A DNA stretch of 64,000 nt from an uncultured virus (IMG/VR IMGVR_UViG_3300028048_000078) (taxonomy: Duplodnaviria > Heunggongvirae > Uroviricota > Caudoviricetes), in the IMG/VR virus record IMGVR_UViG_3300028048_000078; one strand, given 5' to 3'. Below the pieces are notes generated by a model that was given only the letters and a program-made list of their open reading frames with translations, did not search any database and had not been told where the DNA came from. Numbering within the stretch: position 1 is the first letter of the stretch; every line of letters starts with the position of its first letter. This document shows, one piece after another, positions 41,896-51,143 of this stretch. The translations under genes and the position numbers were made by a program.

Positions 41896-44800
41896 TTGGC
41901 AAAAAGAATAGATATAGACCTATTAAAGGTTTATGATAAAGAAATGCGAACCAAGGCTATGATACTTCAAAGAAATTTTGATTATTCTTTAGATGATATA
42001 GTTCGTTGGGGAAATGTAAAATTAAAATGTACAACAGCAGGAAAAACTAATTCTACTGCTATTGTACTAACTGGTAAAGTAATAGGTGATACAGTAACAG
42101 ATGGTACTTGTGTATGGGAGTTAGTAGACCCAAATGCAGGTGGCGGTGGTACTGGTGGTGGACAAATTTATTACATAAATCAACCAGTAGGGCATATAGA
42201 ATATGCTTATGAGATTTTAGAAGGTCATTTAATATTAAATGGCTCAACTAAAAATAAAGCAGATTATCCAGAATTAGTAAAGTGGGTAACAGATAATGGT
42301 TTATGGACAAATGATGTAACTGAAATAGGTAAATTTTATGATAGTGGTAGTACAACATTTAATTTACCTAATTATATGGATAGATTTATTAAAGGAAATT
42401 CTACTAGTGGCGATATTTATAAAGATGATTTAGCTACAGGCACAGATGTTGAAAATAAGAGTATAAAGTTAATACCACAAATAAAGTATAGGGCAGACTC
42501 ATTATATAATGTTATTACAGCTTGCTTAGAAAAAGATGAGTTACATACAGAGAGTACATTTAATACTGCCTCAGAAACAATAACTATAGCTAATTTACAT
42601 AGCTACGATTATTTAACAATAACTTATTCATTTAGTCAGAATGGTACAGATATAGATTATACTAATACTGAGTTGTTTAAGACAAATGAGTTAGGCGAAC
42701 ATAATTTATCAATATATATTGATAGTACTGAATATGCTATTTGTGATGGTAAAATAAGTGGTAATGATTTTATTTTTACTCTGTATCAAGTAGCTAAGCT
42801 TACTAACTATAAGATAGATTGTATTAATGGATTTAAAGTAGGTAGGGGCAATAAAGCTTATATACTGGACTGGGAAGAAAATACAAGATATGAGCAAGGA
42901 ACAGTAGTAGTACATGATAATATTTTGTATAGATGTATTATAGCTCATACTTCAACAAGTACCTTTGACGATAATAAATTTATTCCTATTGCTAGTGGTG
43001 AAGGTAAAGGCAGTGAAAAGGTACTTTCAAAGAAACATTTATATGATGAGAGTACATTTAATACAGCCTCTAAGACTATAAATTTAAGTGCAGTAAATAC
43101 ATATAAATATTTATCAAATATGTGCGTAAAACCTCCTAGCTTTAGCTAGAGAGATATAAGCACATTAAGCAGGTAAGCCTATAGGGAAACTTGTAGGTAG
43201 TCATAGCTAACAGCTATGCAACAAAGAAACTGAATTGCTGGAATACCATAAAGCCTATTTCACTACAACATAAACATGAAATAAGGTTAAGTGTGAAAGT
43301 TGCGAAAGCAGAAAAAAGCAAATAGGATAGTGCAAGGTTAAATCCTAAACACTATAAAAAATTGGTAATCAGCAGGTAAGCTCCGAATAGGAGAAACTTC
43401 AACGACTATTCCTCTTGAGGGAAGTACACAGTAAGCTATTGACTGTGGAAGTGGTTTCGCCTAAGTCATAGAAATATGATATGGATAAGATATAGTCTGT
43501 GCTTACATGAAAATGTAAGAAGTTCATAAGAGAACTGCGTAAAAAGTAGCGAATTTACGTGAACTAGACCTCCTAAAGAAGGTTAAAGTTAGAGGGTTCT
43601 ATCTTCCATATTTCTTAAAATGTCTTGACAAATATCGTACATTGTGTTAAGATTATGTTAAGAACTATGAGAGGAGGTGAGCCAGAATGTACTTAGCTGT
43701 AAAACAACAGTTAAATAATCTAAGTAAGAGTGAGTATCTCGTTTTGAGGGAACTTTGTCGTGTGTCTAAGGATTTATATAATCAAGCATTGTATGAAATC
43801 AGACAAGAGTATTTTAGGTCAAAGAAATACTTGAATTACTATGAAGTATATAAGAGATTGCAGAATACAGAAAGTTATGGTCTTTTGCAAGCACAAGTAT
43901 CTCAGCAGACACTTAAATCTGTTGACGATAGTTTCAAGAGTTTCTTTGGCTTAATCAAAAAGAAGTTAAAGGCAAGAATTCCTAAATATCTTGATAAGGA
44001 TGGATTTTTCAAGCTTATAATACCTACTATATCCATTAAGAATGGTAAAATACAGTTACCATATTCTAGGCAGTATGCTAAGAATCATAATAAGATTTAT
44101 CTTAAAGTACCTAGTATACTAAAGGGCAAAGAGGTAAAGCAAGTATGGATAATACCAAGACAAAATGCCAGGTTCTTTGAGGTTCAATACATATATAAGG
44201 TAGAGCCTAAAGAGAAGAAACCAATTAAAAATGTACTGGCAATAGATTTAGGTATAACCAATTTATGTACTTGTGTTACCACAGAAGGTAATTCATTCAT
44301 AATGGACGGTAGAAAGTTGAAATCATTTAATCAATGGTATAATAAAGAAACAAGTAGACTCAGTAGTATTAAGGATAAGCAGAAGATAAAGGGATATACC
44401 AAGAAATTATACAAGATAGTGACTAAAAGGAATAATAGAATTTCTGATATTGTACATAAAACATGTAAGTATATTGTAAATTATTGCATAGATAGTGAGA
44501 TAGACACAATAGTTTGCGGTATAAATAAGGACTTTCAGAGGTATTCAAACTTGGGGAAGGTCAATAATCAGAAATTTACTCAAATTCCTTTTGGTAAGAT
44601 AAGAGACACTCTTAACTATCTCTGTGAATTAAATGGTATAAACTTTATTGAGCAGGAAGAAAGTTATACAAGTAAGGCTAGTTTTTGGGATAGGGATGAA
44701 ATCCCTGTTTATGGTGATTCTAAACAACATAGTTTTAGTGGAGAGCGAATAAAGCGAGGCTTGTACCAAACTTCTAATGGAAAATTACTTAATGCTGACT

Positions 44801-45521
44801 TAAATGGTTCTCTTAATATACTTAGAAAAAGTAATGTTGTGAGCCTAGAGGCTCTATACAGTAGAGGCGTTCTGAATCCGCCATCAAGAATAAGGGTAGT
44901 ATAACTATCAAACTTCTTGTAAATAGAACTCCCTAGCTTTAGCTATGGGGAGGTTCAGCAGTAACTTATGAGGTAACTGATGATACTAATACATACAGTA
45001 ATACAGCTTTAATAGAAACTTCTGAAAGTGGAGAGCATTTACTTACTGTATATGTAGACAGTATGAATTTTGCAGTAATGAGTGCTGAAATTAATGCTGA
45101 TGATTTAATTATTACTAGCTATCAAGTAGCTAATTTAAGTAAGTATAAAATCTTAAGTATTGATGGTATTAAAGAAATTTATGCTGGCGGTGGTGGCGGT
45201 GGAATAGTCCGTTGGAAGGCCAGTGAGAATTATAAAATAGATGATGTAGTATTATGTAGTAGTGAAGTAAATACTAATGAATGGGTAAGCGGTACAAACT
45301 ATGCTATAGATGATATAGTAGTCTATGGCTCATTAGTATATAAATGTATTACAGCAAATTCAGATACTACATTTGATATTGATAAATGGGAATTAGTAAG
45401 AGAAGTCTATACTGTTTTATACAGGTGTATTATAAATAATAATGATAGTACATTTGATGAAGTTAAGTGGGAACAGATAGGTGGCTCTGGTAATGCAGAT
45501 ATAGAGGGGTTGTTTGCTTGA
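41896..45521 (+). CDS. Tail fibre protein interrupted by an IStron; exons 41896-43114 and 44959-45521 (593 aa spliced)
   Basis: Anchor module, collar-like segment (TTFNLPNYMDRFIKG) and CBM repeats; splicing restores an internal repeat (YDYLTITYSF vs YKYLS|VTYEV). Confidence 0.85.
43115..43570 (+). ncRNA. Group I intron catalytic core of the IStron
   Basis: P gaattgctggaa 43232, Q aatcagcagg 43367, R ttcaacgacta 43398, S aagatatagtct 43487. Confidence 0.88.
43687..44904 (+). CDS. tnpB: TnpB RNA-guided nuclease (zinc-finger-less type)
   Basis: LYNQALY, AIDLGITN, QEESYTSKAS, RIKRGLY...NADLNGSLNI; own promoter TTGACA 43625. Confidence 0.92.
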   Translation: MYLAVKQQLNNLSKSEYLVLRELCRVSKDLYNQALYEIRQEYFRSKKYLNYYEVYKRLQNTESYGLLQAQVSQQTLKSVDDSFKSFFGLIKKKLKARIPKYLDKDGFFKLIIPTISIKNGKIQLPYSRQYAKNHNKIYLKVPSILKGKEVKQVWIIPRQNARFFEVQYIYKVEPKEKKPIKNVLAIDLGITNLCTCVTTEGNSFIMDGRKLKSFNQWYNKETSRLSSIKDKQKIKGYTKKLYKIVTKRNNRISDIVHKTCKYIVNYCIDSEIDTIVCGINKDFQRYSNLGKVNNQKFTQIPFGKIRDTLNYLCELNGINFIEQEESYTSKASFWDRDEIPVYGDSKQHSFSGERIKRGLYQTSNGKLLNADLNGSLNILRKSNVVSLEALYSRGVLNPPSRIRVV

Positions 45522-46241
45522 TGCTGAAAAGAAATTATGCTTATAATGTAGGAGACATAGAATACTCAGATGGTGGTGTAAGACTTACTTGTAAGACAGC
45601 AGGAACAACTTCTATAGAAGATTTAGTAATACCACCTAATATTAGTGAAGTAACAGACGGTACAGTAGTATGGTCACTAATAGATATATCGGGGGGGGGG
45701 GAATGACCAAGTAGGTACTATAATACAGTATTTTGGGTCAAATCCCCCTAAAGGATTTTTAAGTTGTGACGGAAGTATTTATAATATTATTGATTATTCA
45801 AGATTAGCTAATCACATTGAGGTAGAGTTTGGAAGTAAGAATTTCTTTGGTGGGGACGGTGTTACAACTTTTGCAGTACCAGACCTTAGAGGTGAGTTCT
45901 TAAGAGGTACTGGTACTAATGGAGCTACTGAAATAAGTGGTAGAAATGTTGGTTATCATCAAGATGCAACAAAACACGTAAATATTGTTGTTAATCGTGA
46001 GGGTGAGCATCTTTTCTTTACAGCTTGTGCAGATGTAGATATTCCTGTTATTGTGCCTCCCGATATATCTATACCAAGTAATGATGGTAAAAATGGTTGG
46101 GTAAGGAATGTAGATTCATATGATGCTCCTAAAAATTCACATGTATGGTCTATGGCTGATGGCACAAATACCACAAAGGAAACTCCTTATTATACTTCCA
46201 GACCAACAAATACTTCTGTATTATTTTGTATAAGGTGGTAG
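45518..46241 (+). CDS. Poly-G cassette 3 (G11, frameshifted): anchor + phage tail collar domain
   Basis: G11 at 45691-45701; G10 reads NDQVGTIIQYFGSNPPKGFLSCDGSIY...GDGVTTFAVPDLRGEFLRG...RPTNTSVLFCIRW*. Confidence 0.85.
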
Positions 46242-46246
46242 ATAAT

Positions 46247-46757
46247 GTGGTAAAAAGAAATTTCAACTACAATGTAGGTAATATAGATTATAATTTAGAT
46301 GGAACAAGATTAGTTTGTAAAGTAGCAGGAACTACAGGAATAGACCCATTAAGAATACCAAGTGGAGCAACAGAAGTTGTAGACGGAACAGTAACTTGGA
46401 GTTTATCAGATGGGGGGGGGGGCAGATTCAATAGCAGAAATGTCTGCTCCCAGTAGTGTTTATGAGAATATAGTTATTAATCATAATGATTGGACAGTAA
46501 ATAACTATACTGCTCCTGCTAATGGTTTTATAATATATACACAGAAAACTACAAACAGTGGTGGTAATATATCCATTAACTTATCTAAGGTTGATGTTAA
46601 TTTTGCAAATTGTACAAAATTGTCTGGTGAAAGGGTTTCTGCCTATTTGGCGGTACGCAAAGGCGATTCTTGTAGTATTCGTAGTGTTTACGGAACAGTA
46701 GAGTCTTGTACGTTTATTTACTCAATAGGCTCAGCAAAGAAATTGGGGTTGATATAA
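46247..46757 (+). CDS. Poly-G cassette 4 (G11, frameshifted)
   Basis: G11 at 46412-46422; G10 fuses the KRNFNYNVG anchor to ...YTAPANG...VRKGD...YSIGSAKKLGLI. Confidence 0.85.
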
Positions 46758-46758
46758 A

Positions 46759-47243
46759 TTGGTAAAAAGAAATCACTCCTACTCAGTAGGAGATATAGAA
46801 TATACGATTGATAATAATAGGTTGATTTGTACACAAGCTGGCACAACATCATCTAGCCCCTTAATTATGGGGGGGGGCAAATAATAGATGGTGGTTGTAT
46901 ATGGGAACGGTTGTCAAATATAGATTATTTGTGGGTTGGCGGTACAACACCATCCACATCAGTACAACAATTAACATTAAGTAAACCGATTAGTCATTTA
47001 TATGATAAGTTGGGTTTTTATTTTGTATATGATACGGGTGGGCTTATCAGACACTTTTATCGTGAGTTTTTGGTAGATGATTATTTATCTTTTGTTCCTA
47101 TGACTGAGGTAAAAATTTCATTCACATGGGGTTATGGTAATGCAGATGATTATTTTGACATTGTTGATGCCTCAACTTCCACTATTTCTTATATTAGTAG
47201 GTATGATTCATTGAAAAGTGTAGTCGGCATTAAAACTATTTAG
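46759..47243 (+). CDS. Poly-G cassette 5 (G9, frameshifted)
   Basis: TTG 46759 VKRNHSYSVGD...CTQAGTT; G9 at 46869-46877 gives a stop; G10 gives MGGGQIIDGGCIWERLSNIDYLW into ORF 46911. Confidence 0.85.
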
Positions 47244-47257
47244 GTAGGTGTAAATAA

Positions 47258-48988
47258 TTGAGTTCAAAAAATATTTATTTTGAAGATTTAGCTGAATATG
47301 ATAGTAAGTTAAAAGAACAAGCTAACATATTACAGAGAAATAAAGATTATTTTGTAGGTACAATAGTAAATAAAGGAAATATATTTTTACGTTGTACAGT
47401 AGCAGGAAAAACAGCAAATACATCAATAGATTTAAGTAGTTATATTATTGGTGATAGAGTAGTATATGGCACAGCAGTATTTGAAGTAATGGACGAAAAT
47501 GGTGAGTGCTTATGGAAGTATGACAATAATGGTAATTTAGTACCAAATGATAGAAGTAATAGACTTCCAATAGGTAAAGCTAATAGTGTACCAAGAAATA
47601 CTACTCTTTATAGATATGCTAGTGGTGATGAATTAGCTAGTACATCAAAAACACTTGCTTTGGGTGATGATGTATTTAAGTTTGATTATATAATTATTGA
47701 AGCTAGGGGTATTCCTTCAAGTGGTTATTCTTTTGAAAAGACATTGATGGTAGCCCCAGAAGGAGATTTAGAGTGGCAATTAAGGTATTCTGAGCCAACA
47801 GTAGACTATTTCTTTAATGTGGCTTTAACATTAGATGCTGGCGGTAGACAAGCATTTGCAACCCTATTAGATAAAGGCAGTACAATAGCTAATGTAGTAA
47901 TAAATAAGATTGTGGGCATAGAATTTGTACCAATGAGTACAGAAAAGTTAATGCAGAATTTAATAGCATCAGCCCCAACATATTATCAAAGAGATAGCTT
48001 GCCTGTATCTAATAAAACAACTATAACAATTAGTAAGACTTGGGTAAATGTCAACAATAGTGGCTTTGTAAATGATGAAAAGACTTTAGACTTAACTAAT
48101 GCAGTAAGTTGGGATAATAATACATATACCACAGCAAGCAATAGAGCAGGTAAAGATTTTTATATCTATGCCTTAGAGACAGGTGAATATATCTTATCAG
48201 CTAACTCAACAGTACCTATAGGCTATACAGCCACAAATAGTAGAAAGATTGGTGGTTTCCATTGTCTTTGTGCAGATGTCGGCACAATTAGTGGGCATAC
48301 ATTGAGTGGTTACTTAGCAGGTGACATTTTACCATTAAGTGTATGGGATTTAAAGCATAGAGCAATAAGTGAAAATGAAGGAATGGTATGGATTCCAGAA
48401 ATTGGGCTTTGGGCAGATATTTATTTATGTAGTTGGAATGGCTCAAATCTTGTAAGTAAGTTTAATCAAGAGTGTGTAACAGGAACATCTACTAAAGCTA
48501 TGCATGGAATAATGATGGCAGAAGAATTAGGTTTAGTAGGAAAAAGACTACCTACTTATGATGAATTTATTGTTTGTGCAAAAGGAAGTCCAGAGGGCGA
48601 CCATATAAGTACAGGAGCAGTACCAACAGGTGCAGGTGGTCATGTAGGAACACTTGGGGCAAGAATAATAAGCAATTACGGATTAGAGGATTGTGTTGGT
48701 GTATTATGGCAGTGGAGTAAAGATACATTTGAGTATACACCAGGTAGTACTTGGAATAGTAACGATTATTGGTTAGGTGGTTTATCGTGGCAAGATAAAC
48801 CAGTATATAACCCTACAGTAGATACAGTAAAACGTGGTTCTTGTAGTGGACTGCTTCGGCGGTTGTTGTTGGGCGGTGGCTATGGTGACGCTTTAGCTAA
48901 TTGCGGTTCTCGGGCGGCTGGTTGTGATAACGTTGGTTCTCGTCTCTATGTTGCTATTGGTGGTCGGGGTTTTTGTGGAGCTAGGTAA
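47258..48988 (+). CDS. DGR target: tail fibre/major tropism determinant-like protein with C-terminal C-lectin (FGE-like) fold
   Basis: AGKDFYIYA, NSRKIGGFHCLC, WADIYL, GKRLPT, SNYGLEDCVGVLWQW; VR at C-terminus; N-terminal anchor module. Confidence 0.92.
   Translation: MSSKNIYFEDLAEYDSKLKEQANILQRNKDYFVGTIVNKGNIFLRCTVAGKTANTSIDLSSYIIGDRVVYGTAVFEVMDENGECLWKYDNNGNLVPNDRSNRLPIGKANSVPRNTTLYRYASGDELASTSKTLALGDDVFKFDYIIIEARGIPSSGYSFEKTLMVAPEGDLEWQLRYSEPTVDYFFNVALTLDAGGRQAFATLLDKGSTIANVVINKIVGIEFVPMSTEKLMQNLIASAPTYYQRDSLPVSNKTTITISKTWVNVNNSGFVNDEKTLDLTNAVSWDNNTYTTASNRAGKDFYIYALETGEYILSANSTVPIGYTATNSRKIGGFHCLCADVGTISGHTLSGYLAGDILPLSVWDLKHRAISENEGMVWIPEIGLWADIYLCSWNGSNLVSKFNQECVTGTSTKAMHGIMMAEELGLVGKRLPTYDEFIVCAKGSPEGDHISTGAVPTGAGGHVGTLGARIISNYGLEDCVGVLWQWSKDTFEYTPGSTWNSNDYWLGGLSWQDKPVYNPTVDTVKRGSCSGLLRRLLLGGGYGDALANCGSRAAGCDNVGSRLYVAIGGRGFCGAR
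48835..48979 (+). repeat. DGR variable region (VR)
   Basis: 145-nt ungapped match to 49053-49197; 24 of 25 mismatches at TR adenines. Confidence 0.95.
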
Positions 48989-49000
48989 AAAAAAAATTAC

Positions 49001-49029
49001 TTGACAATATTTAAATAATATTGTAAAAT
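49001..49029 (+). promoter_or_regulatory. Promoter for TR-RT, overlapping an 8-bp hairpin downstream of VR
   Basis: TTGACA-N17-TAAAAT; acaatatt-taaat-aatattgt at 49004-49024. Confidence 0.7.
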
Positions 49030-49052
49030 ATATATTGTAAGGTTTGCAAGAA

Positions 49053-49197
49053 TGGTTCTTGTAATGGACTACTTCGGCAGTTGTTATTAGGCAGTAACTA
49101 TAGTAACACTTTAGCTAATTGCAGTTCTCAGACAGCTAATTGTAATAACTTTGGTTCTCATCTCAATGTTAATATTGGTAGTCGAGGTTTTTGTGGA
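49053..49197 (+). repeat. DGR template region (TR)
   Basis: AAY-rich copy of VR directly upstream of RT. Confidence 0.95.
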
Positions 49198-49359
49198 TAT
49201 TAGAAGTTTTACTTTTAATATAAATCATGTACGAGGGATAGAGTGAGCGAAACTTCTAAGCTGTCTTGCAAACCGTTCCCTTTGGGAAAAATATTGAACG
49301 AAGAAAGAGTTGGGCTAGTAGGTACAATGTATGCGAAAGTCCGATGATAGAGGTTACTT

Positions 49360-50643
49360 TTGAAGAGATATGGTGATTTGTGGGATAAGATTGTCAGCTA
49401 CGATAATTTATATCTTGCTTATAAGAAGGCTAGGAAAAATAAGGGTTGGCAGAGACAAGTACAAGAAGTTGATGCCGATGTAGAAAATAAGTTATTAGCA
49501 ATACAAGAAATGCTAATCAAAAGGACTTATAAAGTTTCACCTTATAAAAAGAGAGTTATTTTTGAGCCAAAAGAGCGAGATATTTATATCTTACCATTTT
49601 ATCCAGATAGAATTATTCAACATGCTCTGATGAATGTAATAGCTCCTTTGTGGGATAAGATGTTTATAGATACTTCCTATTCTTGTAGAGAAGGTAAGGG
49701 ACAACACAAAGGCGTTAAGAAGTGTGCAGAGTATGTAAGAAAGTACTCATATTGCTTACAAGGTGACATCAGTAAATTCTATCCCTCAATAGTACATGAT
49801 ATACTAATGCGTATAATAAAACGTAAAATAAAGTGCAAGGGAACTTTATGGTTAATAGAAGTAGTAGTAAGGAGCTTTCCCAGTAGAAAGAATGTTCCAA
49901 TAGGTAATTATACATCACAGTGGTTCGGAAATCTTTATATGAATGAGGTTGATAAGTTAGTTAAACAACACTTTCATATTAAAGGCTATATTCGATATTG
50001 TGATGATTTTTTGCTATTTGGAAATAATAAAGTTTACCTACATTATGTAGGTAGGGAAATAAAGATATTTTGCAAGTGCAACTTAGAGTTGAGACTTTCA
50101 AAATTAAGAGTATTTCCAACAGGTAAGGGAGTAGACTTCTTAGGCTATGTTAATAAGGGTAAGTTTTTGCTTCTTAGGAAGTCAACAAAAATAAGGTTTA
50201 AGAGGCGTATAAAGGGATTATGGTATGAAGTAAAGTACGGCTTAGTAGAATTAGATAGAGCTAGAAGCAGTATAGATTCTATCTTAGGTTGGCTGAGTCA
50301 TGCTAATACTTATAAGTTAAAATTGGCTTTGGGCATATATGAATTAAGGGGGTATATAATGCGAGGTCTACCTAAAAACTTAAATACAAAAGAAGATTAT
50401 GCATATCTTAAAGATAATTATGATAAAGAATATTGGTTACCAGCATTTCAAAATTTATTAGATACAAGATATTCTTGGTTTGCTATAGATGAAAAAGATT
50501 ATGTAGAGGACGATAAACATAAAAAGGTTCATAATGAGCAAGAAGATAAAGATGAATATTTTGTATATAAATTAAACAAAAATGCAAAATTATACCAATT
50601 AGGTTTTACAGTAAAAGAGGTGCAAGCTATATGTCGAGAGTAA
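49360..50643 (+). CDS. DGR reverse transcriptase with ~94-aa C-terminal in-frame extension
   Basis: PFYPDRIIQHA, DISKFYPSI, PIGNYTSQWFGN, RYCDDF, GVDFLGY. Confidence 0.95.
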   Translation: MKRYGDLWDKIVSYDNLYLAYKKARKNKGWQRQVQEVDADVENKLLAIQEMLIKRTYKVSPYKKRVIFEPKERDIYILPFYPDRIIQHALMNVIAPLWDKMFIDTSYSCREGKGQHKGVKKCAEYVRKYSYCLQGDISKFYPSIVHDILMRIIKRKIKCKGTLWLIEVVVRSFPSRKNVPIGNYTSQWFGNLYMNEVDKLVKQHFHIKGYIRYCDDFLLFGNNKVYLHYVGREIKIFCKCNLELRLSKLRVFPTGKGVDFLGYVNKGKFLLLRKSTKIRFKRRIKGLWYEVKYGLVELDRARSSIDSILGWLSHANTYKLKLALGIYELRGYIMRGLPKNLNTKEDYAYLKDNYDKEYWLPAFQNLLDTRYSWFAIDEKDYVEDDKHKKVHNEQEDKDEYFVYKLNKNAKLYQLGFTVKEVQAICRE

Positions 50644-51126
50644 AGAGAAATTATGCTTATTCTGTAGGAGATGTAGCTAATGCAATCCCAAATTGGACAT
50701 TAACTTGCACAAAAGCTGGTACTACCTCTACAGATATAATAAACATACAAGCAGGTACTATTATTGATGGTACTTGTGAGTGGAATTGTGTTAATAGTGG
50801 GGGGGGCAGTAAATAACTACTCCACTGAAGAACAAATAGTGGGCACATGGATAGACGGAAAGCCACTGTATCAAAGAACTTATGAAGCTGTTATGCCTAG
50901 TGCAGGTGTCTTGGTAACACTATCAGCAGATATAATTGTTCGAGATATAAGTGGGTATGTTGATAATAGTGGTGTGAATCAAATTCCAATTGGTTCATAT
51001 TTTGCTTCTAATAATTTTGTGCAGGTATATATTGATAACACTAATCATGTGATTAATGGTGTCAATCAAGGTTATCCTTCTAAGCCTTGTTACATCACAA
51101 TACAATACACAAAAACAACAGATTAG
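50631..51126 (+). CDS. Poly-G cassette 6 (G8, frameshifted)
   Basis: KRNYAYSVGD...CTKAGTT anchor; G8 at 50799-50806; G7 or G10 reads into NYSTEEQIVGTWIDGKPLYQRTY...IQYTKTTD, a phage fibre-type module. Confidence 0.85.
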
Positions 51127-51143
51127 AAATTAGGTGATATAAA

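Larger units (their letters stand above)
43115..44958 (+). mobile_element. IStron: group I intron fused to a non-autonomous IS200/IS605-family (IS1341-like) element
   Basis: Inserted after TTTAT, ends TTCAG; twin subterminal hairpins cctagc-ttta-gcta at ~43135 and ~44932; group I core and tnpB inside. Confidence 0.88.
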
